64,000 nucleotides of DNA from Tricharina praecox (Eukaryota). Shown here one piece after another: positions 24,455 to 37,668 of the stretch. Where the stretch lies: contig NW_026250412.1 in NCBI RefSeq assembly GCF_024521635.1, forward strand, positions 682,001 to 746,000. The letters run 5' to 3'. The number at the start of each line of letters is the position of its first letter. Position 1 is the first letter of the stretch. Under the pieces are notes generated by a model. It did no database searches, had not been told where the DNA came from, and saw only the letters and a list, made by a program, of their open reading frames with translations. Made by a program: the position numbers and the translations under genes.

Positions 24455-27143
24455 TTGCTTCGTCCACAGAACTTACTGGCGGTGGCTATGATGGGTTCTA
24501 CACCGTCATCACCCCAGTTGCACCCCAGGCACTTGGTTTTCTTTCCATCATTGTATAGAGCGGGATTGTCTTGCAGATTACACTGGCATATATCCTTTTA
24601 CCGCGGTGTCTTTTTTTTATTTGTCCATTTTCCGTTTCCCTTGATTCTCATTTTCTAGGAGTTCATTCGGTCGATCAACAGCTCTCTTCCGTACCATATC
24701 CTCATCAGGCTGCCTGCAAACTCCGGACAGTCGCTTGTTACTACTACTATTCTAACCATCCTTTTTTGGCTACCACTCGAAATTCCTTGCATTCATCCAT
24801 ACATTCGATGGTCCCTTACACACTCTCTTGCTGTTTCCTTGTCATGTAGTCATTTCTTTGCCTGGTTTCCGTGCTTTCCTTGAGTCCATTTTTGTGCTCG
24901 GCGAATTTTAGCGACTTTTTTTATTTTTTCTCTCTTTCTACAACGTTGGGCTGGCTTTTCTGTTTGGTGTGATGGGGTTGTTTGGTTGATTCGTTTTTGT
25001 CTTTACTCTTTGTTTTTTCTTTCTAAACCGGGTTTTGAGAGGTGCGGTGCGGTGTCTGTCCGCGTGTGGTGTGTGGTGTGTGTCCGTGTGTCCGTGTGTC
25101 TGTCGGTCTCTGTCCGTGTCCGTGTGTTTATAATGGAAACCTTGCAGTTTTTTGTTTTCCAGCAGCAGCGCTTTTTGTTCTCTCCCTTTTTCGCCGTCAG
25201 AGTTTTTTTTCTGTTCTTCGTTTTTTTTCTTTCTTTTTTTGCGCATTGCATTGCAGTTGCATAGCATAGCATTTTACTTCATAGTGGTTTGGTTTGGAGC
25301 TCTGCGTTCATTCACCTTACTTGACTCATCTTTATCTGCTCTGGGAACCCTCACCCTCACTCTCTCTACATCTCTCTTCCTGTCATTTTTGCTGCATGTT
25401 GCATCCGTGTGCGATTGCTTTGTTGTGCTATGCTGTGTTGTGTTGTGTTGATTTTTTCGATTTCGTTTTGGTGTTTTTATAGTTGATGGATGGATGGATG
25501 GATGGCCGCGAGATCGGGCTGGAGATGGGTTGTGGATGTGGATGTGGATGTGGAATGGGGAGAAGGGGGTGGCGGAGAGATGCAGAGAAGCAGAGAGAAG
25601 CTGAGAGGAGTCGGAGAATGAGATGAGTGGATGATATTTGGGCGGGTTTCTGTGATTGATTGATCTTGATCTTCTTGACGTTCGCTGACGTTTGTTGGTC
25701 CTGCAGTGAAGTGGTGAAGTGGTGAAGTCGTTCGTTCTGTGGCACTCGATCTTACTCCGCTGCCGTGGTAGCTTCAATAGCACTCGGTAAGTCGGTGGAA
25801 CACCTGCGTAATCGATGGCCGCCCGATTTCTTGCCAGGTGACCGAGTCCGTGCGCGAGTGATTGTTCCAAATCTGCGCCAGAACGAGAGGAACTTAGAAG
25901 TGCAGAGATACACATGTAGAGCATGTATGTGCGAAGAGAGGTGCATGCTTCCCAGATACCTTGGTGCTTGCAGTAGCTTCGTTAGGTGGGTAAGTCGATA
26001 TCGCACGACGGCTCTCCGGAGTCGTCAATTGCGAAGTGAGAATGAGAGCTTGAGTTTGCATTGAAGACATGTGATCCAGTGATGCTAGCTGCACCCGCAC
26101 CCTTACCCACACGCAGAGCGCAGAGCCGCACGAGTGAGCGCGCATGCACCCGCGTCATGCCCCCTCCAAGCGGCGGCCGCCGGCGACTAATGCAAGCGTG
26201 GTAGATCCTGTTTATCCATCCACCTATTCGCGATCGGGACATGATCGACTGACGGACTGACAGGCTGACGGGCTGGCCGCCCTCCCATGGAACGAACAGT
26301 CGATTACGGTACGGTATCGGAACCATGAAGGGTGAGGGGAGGGGAGGGGGCGAAACCTTTTTTGAGAAAAAAATGTTGGGCTTGGAATGAAGAAAAGGAA
26401 GAAGAAAAAGTGTATGTGAGAGTGAGAGCAGGTAAAGTTCTGAGTTTACGGGACGTTGGAGGAGTGTGGCAAAGGTGACAGCAATTGGACGTGCTGCAAC
26501 TGGCCTACCGGGCTTGAGCCTTGACGTGCCCGCCAACCAACCAACCAACCAACCAACCCAACCAACTAACCAACCCAACCAACCAACGGTCATCATCAGA
26601 TCAACCCACTCCGACTCGCGTAGAGTAGTTACCATACTCTCGACTCTCGACTCTCAACTCTCGACTCTCAACAACGAACACCGCCTTGTCGCCGTCGTCA
26701 TTGCCGCCTCCGCCGCCGCTGCCCGCTCAACGACTCCACGACTCCATCTACCTATCCTGCCCATTCTTACCACGCACATACTTCCCTTCACCTTCGGGAA
26801 GGAAGGGGACTGAGTTTTGCGCGAAACAGTTTGGGTTTGTTTTCCAGGCCAGATCGAAACTCTGCTTGCTCGCCTTAAACGTTCCATTCTCGCTCGAGAA
26901 CGAGAACGAGAATTGTTCAAGAACCAGAACCAGAACCAGTCAGCACCGAGGTGTAATTCTGATTTGTACCTAGGCCTACCACCACCACGATCACTCTCTC
27001 ACACACACAACTACAATATAGCATAGCACCCCCGACTTCTCTCCCCCCACCACCACTCTCGCACGCACACACGAACGTAACGAACGCAACGAACGCACGC
27101 ACGCAACGACCGTCGACGGAAAAAAAAAGTCGAGCGCACAGAC

Positions 27144-29535
27144 ATGCCGCCGCCGTCGAATCAACGCCGCCCGCGCACCCGCCGAGTCAGCTCCTCCGAC
27201 CCGCACGATGAAATGCCAGACTCGTCGCCGTCCCGTCCGAGGACGAAACGTCGCAAGGTATGCCAAGTCTACATCCCCGCCTGTGTGTATGTGTGTGCGA
27301 GCTCGCCGGGCGCCGTGCGCACAGATGAAAAGAGAGTGGAGGAGAACTTTCGCGTGGAGGGCGTGGGGGCGACGATGACGCCGGCGCCAGATTATAGCTA
27401 ACGTTGATTCCGCGAAACTGCAGGTCGTGCCACCCGTCAAGACCACCGAAACATGCACACCGCAAGACCGCGTCAATGCGGTGATCGTATCGCTCGCGAT
27501 GCCGGACGGCGGCCAGCCACCCGTGGTGTCGACGCAGTTCGCCAACGAGACGAATTTCCAAGAGAATGCGCACGGCATCACCGCGTACGCTAAGGTCGCC
27601 GGCTGCAACTGGACCTACTACGTCAAAGACCTCGTCATCCGCATCGGACGGCCGCCCGACACGCGGCCGGGAACTGGCACCGCCGGCTCGCCGACCCCGC
27701 CCCCCCTCAAGCCGGAGGATACGGTGCACATCGATCTCGGCCCGAGTAAGCTCGTCTCGAGGAATCATGCAATTATTTCCTACGACGGCGATAATACCGA
27801 TGGCGTGCATGACTGGCGCATCCATGTGATTGGCCGCAACGGCGTCAAGATCGATGATGATTCGTACAAGAAGGATAGTATCGTCGTGCTGCGCAGCGGG
27901 AGTGTCATTGAGATCGGCGGCGTGCAGATGATGTTTGTCCTGCCGAATAAGACCCCCGTCATCGCCACGTCCATCATGCGCCGTGCGCGCCTGCGCGAGT
28001 ACATCATCGACGAAGAGGTCCCGCTCGAGTTTGGTCCGGTTAAGAAGGAATTTGGCCCAGATGCGACGATCAACGGCTTGACCACCCCTTCGGCGTTGGC
28101 AGATGGCGACGCGCCAGTAACGGCGGTTGCGACGACGGGCGGCAAGAGATCACGGTCGAATACGCAGATTGGAGGTATCGGTGGAAGTGCTACAGCACCC
28201 ATCTACCAACGGGGTGTATTACTGGAAATGACCGAAGATATGGATTACTCGCAGGATGCCTTGAAGGAGATTAAGCCGCCGTATAGCTATGCCTTGATGA
28301 TCGCGCAGGCTATCCTCTCCAGCGAGACCGAACAGTTAACATTGTCGTCGATATATCAGTTCATTATGGATAAATACTCCTTCTACAGGCATTCCAATAT
28401 GGGCTGGCAGGTGTGTTTTTTCTCCACCGCACAGAAAAGTTGAGTGAGCTAAAGTGCGCAGAATTCGATCCGTCACAATCTGTCACTGAACAAGGCTTTC
28501 CGGAAAATTCCGCGTCGCACTGACGAGCCAGGGAAAGGCATGAAATGGGAGCTTCTGCCAGAGCACCGTGATGAATACATTAAGAAGCTGCGGAAACCCT
28601 CCAAAGGCGGACGGCAGGCTTCGTCGCAATCAGGGTCGCCGTCTTCTCCCAGGGGAGGAGCCCAGAAGACACTGCAACCGCAGCCCGTGAGACCGATGCG
28701 TTCGCTGGATGATCCCCCGACACAGGGCCACGAGGGGAGTAAATCGCCTCCGCGCTCCATCACCCCGCCACCTATGCCCGCGTACAGGGTGCAACCTCTG
28801 GAAGCATACACACCTGACCGCGGCTCGCGCCTCCCCGCTCTCCGCAATCCCGACAAGACGCTAGTCGACACGCCAGGGCCACCGATACGCCACAGCATCA
28901 GCGGACTGGGCGCGCTCTCGGGCCTGGGTGACTCCACCACCGGCGGCGGCGGCGACTCCATCCCCACCTCGCCGACCCGCCGCCCCCACGCCTGCAACGA
29001 CGACGACACCGCCGGGCTCTCGGCGCTCACGCCCGCGCCGCAGCGGCACCACCCGCGCCTCGCCCCGCCCTCCACCGGCCGCGGCCAGCTCCCGTCCAGC
29101 TACCTCCCCACCTCCAGCCCCGCGCCGTTCTGGAAATACGTCCAGTTCGGCTCTACCCCCGCAAAGCCCGACGGCTACACGCCGCTCAAGGACCTGCACT
29201 CGTCCAGCCCCCCGCCCGCCATGTCGAAGCCCGATGACCCCGCAAAGAGAAATACCATCCGCGAGCTAGGCAGCCCGCTCAAGGATCGCAGCGGAGGATT
29301 CCATCTAGGCGGCCCGAGACATCTGCCGCCCCACCTGGTGCTGCCGGATCCTAAGGAAGAGGAGGACGATGATGGCCTTGGCGACTTTCCCGGCGTGGAT
29401 TTGGCTAGGTTCGTTCCCCGCCCTACAATTCGGGAAACGTGAACGAAGGCTAATATGACTCACTACAGAGGTTTCGAGAAAATCGGAAAATACCACGTCA
29501 ATGGCCGGTTTGCGGAGAACGACGGGTGGGTGTGA
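27144..29535 (+). CDS. fkh2: FHA + forkhead transcription factor (Fkh1/Fkh2 class); introns 27258-27423, 28411-28461, 29409-29468
   Basis: FHA motifs [34 protein letters not shown] and GRNGVKID. Forkhead motif [14 protein letters not shown]...[31 protein letters not shown]. Confidence 0.93.
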
Positions 29536-30226
29536 TGTTCATGTTGATTTTGATGGAGCTGCTTTGTGCGTTTGTGCGAATTGTGGTTTGTATATGGCTG
29601 AGCCACCATGTAGGTACTCTAGAGACGAGCTCGTGTGCTTGGTGATTGGTGATTTGGTTTCTGAGCATCAAAAAAAGGAAATGGAGTTTGCTTGTTTTTT
29701 CTTCTTTCTTTTCGTTTTTTTTTCTTTTCCTTTTATTTTTTCTTTTGCTTTTGGAACAAAAAAGGGAGTCATGGTTTGGTTTGGTTGGATTTGATGGGAT
29801 CGGATTGGATGGTTGGAAAAGGTGTTTTTACGGTTGTCTTTTTTGATTTGGTTGCTTTGTGTTGCTTTGTCTGGGTAGGTGCGGCCTTTTTGAATCTACT
29901 TACCTACGATGCTGAGTGTGTTCAGCGTGTTGGGGGTATGATATAACGTGCTTGCTTGTGGGTATTGTGGGCGAGGACTGAGGAGGGGAGGGTAGTCACT
30001 AGCGAAATAGATTTGGCGGGGTGTGTTGATCCTCAAGTGTTTATCGCTCGGCCTTCAACCTAGTGAACAGATTCTTGAGTGTTTATCTTATCACTCGGCT
30101 TCCAATCTAGAAAGCAAGCAGATCCTTAACTCCTGGCCATCACCACTCTACAGTCTATTCACAGTCTATAGATTAGTAGTTCCCCTCCACTCCCTCCCAA
30201 GTCCCAAGTCCCATCACCGCTTACGC

Positions 30227-32751
30227 TTACGCGGCCATATAATGTTTCGTTTTCTACCACCCCGCCGCATTAGCCCTCCCCCCCCACCATCGCAACCCAG
30301 GAAAACTTACATTCTTCAAAACCCCCGCCTGCCCAACCGCACGGGTAAAAATCTCGCGGTACTGCTCGATACACTCCTGAACAACCGCCTGCTTAGTCAT
30401 GGTGCCCTCACAGATCTTTTTCATCTTCTCCTCCATCTCCTTGCGCAGGAACGGCTTCGACAGCGAGTTCTCGAAGCCGATCTCGTCGTACCCCTCGATC
30501 AGCGCGATACCTAGGCTGCTCGGGACGAACTCCTCCGTGCCTCCGCCGCCGCTGCTGCTGCCTGTGGCGGCTGCGCCGCCACGGCCACGCCCGCGCCCCC
30601 GCCCGCGACCGCGCCCAGCTGGCGCGTCGTCGGCTAGTGGGGCTGCACCGGCTGCGCCGGCGCGCCCTTTGGGACGCGTAAAGACGTATTCGCGGTCTTT
30701 TATCTTGGTGATGTGGTCAGCCATAGTGGCGTCTGTGCCGATGCCGTTGACGTCCATGAGGCCGATGAGTTCGGGCTCGGTGAGGAAGCCTGGTGCGGTG
30801 GTCTTGCCCTCTGTGATGTTCGCCTCCGTGGGGATGAACGTCTCGCCGATGGTGAAGGCCGGGAGCTGCTGTGAGGACTCCCATCGGTCGTACGGGTACA
30901 CGTCGAGGTAGTTGCGCGCGAGGACTTGGAGTCCGCTCGCGTAGAGGGATTCAGAGCCCCACTGCAGGGAAACTTTGCTGCTTTGGCCGATCGCGTCCAG
31001 ACTGCAGCACGCCAGGAAGCGTCGTGTGATGAATTCGTATACCCGCCGCTCCGTGGCTGAGAGCGTCGTCGGCGCTACGAACGCTACGGGGTGGATTGGA
31101 GGGTGCGCTTGATCGTTATGCGGGCCGGTGCGCGGTTGCGAGAAGCCGCCGTTCACGAGTCTTCATGCTGTGTTAGATAACGTAGGTAGCGAAAGTGGGG
31201 GCGAGGGCATACTGGGTTGCGAATTGGCCCCATTCGTTGCTGGCGGTTTGCTTTTGTACCAGCGCTTGTAGGTCCATGCCGCGGTCGAACTGGTCGGTCT
31301 CTGTACGGGGATAGCTGATGAAGCCTTGAGTGTACAGTTTTTCTGCGACCTGGATGGAACCATGTTAGACACGGAAGGGAGGTCATGGGATGAGAGGAAA
31401 CTGACCTCCATCACTACTTTGGATGTCAAGCCTAGGAATCTACTCCCCAGCTTTTGCAGCTCAACTGTGGTCAATGGTAATGGTTTCCTAGTCGTCCATC
31501 ATCAGCTTTCGTAACTTGAATTGAGAGAGTGGCATACCTACCATTTCTTCGTCGGCTTCGTGTTGACATCCGTGACCTTCGCCGTCTTTGCCTGCAGGCA
31601 CCTTTCAAACAGAATGACAGTCATCATGCGATCATAGAGGACATTGCGATCCCAATTGAAGTTGACATTAACCTCATCCTTCCTATGATTAACTTTGATG
31701 GACCAAAACGGCTCGGGGACAAAATTCTTAACCCTCCTAAACCGATCCACCACAAACCCAAGGGTCGGGAACTGACAGCTGCCATAGCTAATGATCCTAT
31801 CCTCGAGGCCAGGAATGCTCTGCAGCTGCAGTGTCTGCCATCTTGTAAACGCCGCGCCAATCCTTAGATCCAGCTCCGTTCTTGCGGCCACAGCCGCCGC
31901 CTGGTTCTCGTCGAGGTTTATTGGCCGCTGCGCAGCAGCAAGAATGTGGCTGCGCTCGATGTTGCTGAACTTCGCCCGCTTCACCTGCAAGCGAGGGTTC
32001 ACCCCCAGCGCGATGTCCCGCACCTCCGCACCTATGTACTCCCCCTCCCGGTCGCAGTCGGTCCAGATGAACAGCGCCAGCGCCCCCCGCGCGTACGTTC
32101 GGATGTTTTCGGCGACGTCGTTGCGTTCCTGTCATGTGCGCCGTCAGTATCTCTACAGAAGGTGGAGAGGGGGACCAACTTTGATCAACTGCTCAGTCGG
32201 CGCATCAAACAGCTCTCCGGGGTGACAGGAGTGCCACTTCCTATAGTCGCTAGTAAAGTCCCACTCGACGGTATGTCCTAGCACAGAGGTCATGACGACA
32301 TTGCAGTGGCCCCACGGCGCGGGGAACGTGTATGTGAACTCGTAGTTCTTGACATACTTGTTCTGGGTGGGTCTCTAGGGAATTCAGTATATGAACAACG
32401 AGGGTTGGGGGCGTCGTAACGGACAGCTGTGAATTGGCCGCCGCTGAGGTGCCCCGCCACGGCTTTGGCGATCGAGGGCTTTTCGGCTACACAGAGGATC
32501 TTTCCGGGCATGCTGGAGGAACGGAATGCTTTGGTGGTGGGAGAGCGAGGTGCTTTGGTGGGAGCACGAGCTGCTTTGGTGGGAGCACGAGCTGCTTTGG
32601 TGGGAGAGCGCACTGCTTTGGTGGGAGAGCGCACTGCTTTGGTGGGAGAGCGGGCTGCTTTGGTTTTGATATCTCTTCGGAGGATAGTCAATATCAGCGG
32701 ACGATGGGCTGCGGGCTGGCGGAGCGCGATTCGAACGCCGTAGAGGTGCAT
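30227..32751 (-). CDS. top3: DNA topoisomerase III (type IA), multi-exon; conserved start at 32511, in-frame upstream AUG at 32751
   Basis: TOPRIM motif ILCVAEKPSIAKAVA, IWTDCDREGEYIG, DLRIGAAFTRWQT, SYGSCQFPTLGFVV, catalytic-Tyr region GFISYPRTETD, AHPPIHP and GIGTDAT. Last exon KTKHYMAA* at 30253-30227. Confidence 0.95.
32527..32665. repeat. 21-bp coding tandem repeat (~6 copies) encoding (A/V)RSPTKA / RAPTKA heptads in the Top3 leader
   Basis: Units such as TGCTTTGGTGGGAGAGCGCAC repeat in frame. Confidence 0.92.
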
Positions 32752-32801
32752 TTCATAAACTCTATGACAGTCTGGTTCACAAGTGGGGAGACGTGAAATG
32801 T

Positions 32802-32832
32802 TAAAACGCGCCCTCACGTGATCACCGCGTTA
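32802..32832. promoter_or_regulatory. MCB-like CGCG cores and a CACGTG E-box just upstream of top3
   Basis: Sequence TAAAACGCGCCCTCACGTGATCACCGCGTTA. MBF-type sites are common at fungal DNA-metabolism genes; function here is inferred. Confidence 0.4.
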
Positions 32833-33206
32833 AGTGACCAATGGGAATCTAGGGTATATTGCTGCCGAATAGCATTCGGCCTTTCTTCCAGCAGTAGTTA
32901 CTCCTACAGACATCCGTGAGAGAGAAGTGCTCATTGCCCAGGCAATCCGAACTCCATCCTCACTCGAAAGGAAAAAAAGAAGAGGAAAACAAACAATAGA
33001 CAAAAAATCATAGCCGTCGCTCCGTAACACCCAGCAAAAAGCAGATTATCAAGGAAACCAATTGACGTAGAAATACAGCTCAGCCCCCAGGTAAGGATGA
33101 GAAAGACGAAGCAATAGGAGATGAAGAAAGGAAAAAGAGAAATCAGAAAGAAAAAACCCTGACATGTGAAGTACCTGGACATGTGCGTTCAATTAAATGC
33201 GCAAGT

Positions 33207-35680
33207 CTAATTCCTACGTCTCTTCTTGTTCGCCCTTCGGCCCTGCATGTTGTCTTTGCAGAGGGGACAGAACCACTTGATGTTTCTAAAATCAGTTCCT
33301 GGGCTGACCCCGACACAAGCAAGGTGGAACCACTCCTTGGGACACTGCTTGCCTGTCAGCTCTGCTTTCCGCGGTACACAATTGAACAGGAGGTACTTAC
33401 ATTGCCATTATCGCAAGCTATCATGGTTCCGTCGCTGACCTTGTCGCACACGCAGTATGGGTTGAGATCTTCGCCCTTGTCATCGGCGTCGGCAGTATCT
33501 CTACCACTCTCTGTCTCTCCGCCATGCTTCTTTCTTCGTACACCAGTGCCGGGACGTTTCTCGGCGGGCTTCTTTCCACCGGTCACTCTACCAGAACTTA
33601 CGGGAGTACCAGAGTTGGAACGTTTGTGGGAGCTAGACACTACAAGTGGGGGCGGAGATGTGGCGGAAACAACTGAGCTGCGTTTTGGGCGTTGGGGAGG
33701 AGGGACTGAGGTGCCGGGCGGTCTAGATGGCGGCCTTGTTGAGTGCCTCTTGCTGGTACGGTTTGGAGGTTTGGACGGTGCCTCACCATTGATGCTGCTG
33801 TTAACATTACTGGTAGAAGTAGCAGTGATAGCATCTGATGGTTCGTCGATATCGGGGACGTCTGAGAGTTCGTCGTCGGATTCTAACGATTTCTGTCGCT
33901 TGGCAGCCTCTGCAGCCTCGGCAGCAGCTTTCGCGGCTTCGGCTTCGGCTTCGGCTTCGGCTTTCTCCTTCGCCGCCTTTTCCTTAGCAACTCTCTCTTT
34001 TTCAAGCTTCTCCTGACGCTCCTTGTCGGCCTTTTCTTTGGCGGCAGCAGCAGCAGCAGCTTTAGCTTTAGCTTTTGCCTTGGCTTCCGCCTCCGCTTTA
34101 GCTTTAGCTTCGGCCTCTGCCTCAGCCTCCGCTTCGGCCTCAGCCTCAGCTGCAGCCTTCTCCTCCGCCTCTCGCTCCAACCTCTCCTTGGCTAGTTTAG
34201 CGGCTTCCTCTTCTTCCTTCTTCTTCCGACGCTTTGCTTGCTGTTCTTTGCGCTGGCGCTCCTGTTCTTCCTCTTGGAGCTTCTTCTCAACTTCGACGGG
34301 ATCCAAGCCTGAGCGTTCGGCTTCACGTGCGCGCTCCTTCTTTTCCTCTTCTCGCTTGCGTTTCTTGGCCCTATTAAGACGCATTCCCTTATTTTCGCGA
34401 GCACCGTCACCATCGTCAGGAAGGATTTTCTGTGGGTCGCCGATGCCACCATCCTCCGGACCGATGAAGACCTCCGGCTTTCCCTCCCACTGGTCCTTGA
34501 AGTTGTCCTTGTTGTTGGGACCTCTGTCCAAAGCTTCGAGCTCACGGACAATCATCGTTACCGAGGGAGTCCATCCGGCGTTCTTCTTCATCCGCTTCCT
34601 CAGCCGAGCCAGCTCCTCGTTAGTGAGTTGGTTCCATGGTAACTGAGCGTTCGGGATGACGGTGCCGTCTGGATTTCGAGCTGGCGCACCTCCGGAAAGC
34701 AAGGGATCGGCGTTCGGGAGCTTTGGCGCCCGTTTGATGGCGAATCCTTTCTTTTTCTTGCTCGTTCTAGCCGCGTTATGGAGAGCCGGAGTTTCAGGTA
34801 GATCCTCCCATCCGCCTTCGTCGTCCTCAATGTCTGTCTCGTCATCCCCCCCCAGTTCGGCTGCTGGAGTCACGGGCTTCTTTAGTGGTCGCCGCGACGG
34901 GGGAGGACGGCTGTGTGGGGTTGCTCCCAGCCGGGGTCGTCCGCGGCCGCGAGGAGTGGACTGTGGTGTTCGTTGTGGCGAGGAGGAATCAATCTTTTGA
35001 TTGACACGCAGGTTTATTCGCGGCGGGTACGGGTGCTCGGGTTTCTGTTTCGGTGGCCTCTTCTCTTCCGGCGTTGGATCTCTGGACGGAATAGTGATCG
35101 TACCAAGCTTGCCGTGGATCGCTACGATACGCGAGTGGTGAAGTTCGACCTGTCGCCGTCAGCCGTGCCCAAACCAATTGCATGTCCCCGAGAGCCTCCT
35201 ACGTGTTCCAGCAATCGTTGGGCCTCCACCGTAGCCTCCCGCGCCGCACGCATGAAGTCGTTCCAGCGCTGCGTGATCAGGTAGCGAATCTCCATCTCCT
35301 TGTCGCTAGCCGACGCCGATTCCATCGCGCGCAAACCGTTGACGCCATTCGACAACTGACCGCCCGCGGCCGGCCGAATCGCAGATCGCCTACGCGCAGC
35401 CGAGAGGTGGGCGAACTCCCTGAGGTACCCATCCAGCTCTGTGCGTGCTGCTTCGCGGCGCCGGTGAAGGTCGCGGATGCGCCAGAGACAGCGGCTGATG
35501 TCGCTCGGGAGGTACTCGGTGTCTGCACGCGCCTCCGTCGTTCCAGTCAGCTCAACCAACCAACCAACCCAACAGCCATGACGCGGTGGCGGGGGTGCGT
35601 CACGTACAATCGATAAACTCCCTGACAACAGCATCCGTGTCAGGGTCCTCGGACGCAGGTTTTGTGTCGGACTCTGACAT
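33207..35680 (-). CDS. ING-family-like PHD finger chromatin protein (ING N-terminal helix, AT-hook-like motif, coiled coil, PHD); at least 3 introns
   Basis: Spliced N-terminus DPDTDAVVREFIDYTEYLPSDISRCLWRI, PRGRGRPR, RLRKRMKKNAGWTPS, and PHD PYCVCDKVSDGTMIACDNGN/CPKEWFHLACVG...KWFCPLC split by an intron. Confidence 0.85.
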
Positions 35681-37668
35681 TACGAGAATTCGCCTCGACT
35701 TTACGACAGGTGGTAGCGGAGGCGACGGGTGCTTCGGAAGAAGCAGCTTCTCGTGTTCTATTTGGAGGGTCGTGGTGGGTGGTGGGTGGGTGGGTGGGTT
35801 GGGTTGTGGGAGGGGGTGGTGGCCTTCGGGGTTGGAGGTGTTGGGGAGATTGATTCGCGGTCGGGGGGCCGGCTAGTAGGACTGACTAGCTGGCGATGGG
35901 GCTCTGCTGCGGCGGCGGCGGCAGCAGGGATTCGCAGGGCACTTGTGCAGCACCCACCCACACGCTGAGAAGGACAGGAAAATACCGGAATATTGCGGGG
36001 GAGGGGGCAAGCACCTGAGGAGAGGAGGCGGGAGCTGGCGGTATTTTGTGGTGACTGCGAGGATGAGGATTGCGAAAGAAGACTGAGACAAAGCGAAGTC
36101 TGTCCTCTCATATACCCCAAAAGTCTACTCACTCTCGCACTCTATTCAGCTCGCTCTATGTACGACTGAATTGCTAGATGCAATTCACGCTGCTGGTCAG
36201 CGAGACGCACATACACACGAGCCTTCCTTCGCCCATTCGTCAGATCGGTTCTCGCCGACTTTCCTTGGCGATCTGTTCCCAAGGAAAGAAAGCCACTTGC
36301 AGCATAAGCATCGGCACTCCCGCGCTCTGCAGCGATCACGACACCCGCCATGACCTCGAGGCGAGTACGAGAAGAGCGTGGACGCTGCAACGTGACGACG
36401 CTCCCGCCATTACCTGTTGGAATGCGCTTACCCTGGGAGGCGGGGGTAAGCAAGTGAGTACTTTTATCCAAGTATTTACTCTACGCGAACCAGGACGCGG
36501 AAGAGTAATTGACATTTATTGGCCCGACAAAGGACGATTGCACAGAAGCATGGGAATTAACCACTGCATTTGTCGAATTTGATCCCCATTCAGCCGAAAA
36601 CTCCATTACCGCCACTATGATAGCGAAACGCCCAATAAACAGAAAGCAAACCCCCACGGCCCACCTCGTGCAAACAATCGATCGAACTCTGTCCTTTGGC
36701 CGCTCACGATCCTACCGATTGTGCCCGAACCAGGCGGGGAATCACTCTCGAAAACAGGCTCGACAGCTCCCCTCGCCGCCCCCGGAATGCCAACGCGGAA
36801 GCTAGCCGACCAGTGGTGGACGCGGATCCTCGAGAAACTGCTGGTTGAGATGCCTGCCGGCGATAGTTACCCCGTCCATCACGTCTGATGCACACGATCG
36901 TGTGGTTATACTCTGCTGAACGATCACCAGCCGCTGAGACTGCGAAATATCTGAGTTGAATGACGCAGAGTAGCTGTCGGGAAGCGCATGAATGCCCGCC
37001 CAAGAAAAACACCCTTCCGAAAGAACAGAGTCGACGGATCCTCAAGGGGATGAAGATTGTGCCGAGTTTGCCTCGGGAAGGAGCATTCGAACACGAGCCT
37101 CCAAGAGAAGCCGACGTCGGGCACACCGCCAATAAGGACGAGGTACCCAAGTGGCAAGTACCCGTAGCGCGGGCATCCGCATTGTAGATGTGCACGACGC
37201 ACGTTGCGTCCGGCGGAACGATGGGCAGCATGCATCGGAAGTAAGGCCTTCCCTATGTAGATAATTCTCTTTGCTGCCTGTCAGTACTTAACCATCTCCG
37301 TCGCTGCAACTGATGATCGGTCGCGGGTGTTCGGGACTCATAGTTTTTGTGACCCACATGCACGGCTTTTCGTCAGGGCTTACCCGTAGGTCACTTGGTT
37401 GAAGACACCTGGAGTACCGTGTGTTCCACGGAGGTGGGTGGCGGCAGTTCTGCACGAGCGGGAGCAACCGAGTTGGTCAGTCCATGGGATCGCGGCACTA
37501 GAATCATCTCTCTAGAGTGCGTAGAAGAAAACAATTTCTTCATCTTCTTCGCTTCCCTTGTTCTTCTTTGTTCGCATCCCCGGTGCGAAACAATTCGCTC
37601 CTGTACGACACGGTCCGTATTGCATCAGCGGCTGGTTGGATTCCGGTGTCACTCGTCTATCGGTATCT

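Noticed and set aside
24938-25745. Lys-rich or hydrophobic ORFs downstream of teaR
   Set aside because: They derive from T-rich 3' UTR sequence and microsatellites.
25752-26145. Possible small spliced gene divergent from the forkhead gene
   Set aside because: Splice models are ambiguous and none gives a recognisable product.
33183-34646. Ala/Ser-rich plus-strand ORFs
   Set aside because: They are antisense to the coiled-coil region of the ING-like gene.
36178-37235. Short ORFs and splice-like signals between the ING-like and QIP-like genes
   Set aside because: No consistent exon chain or known motif.
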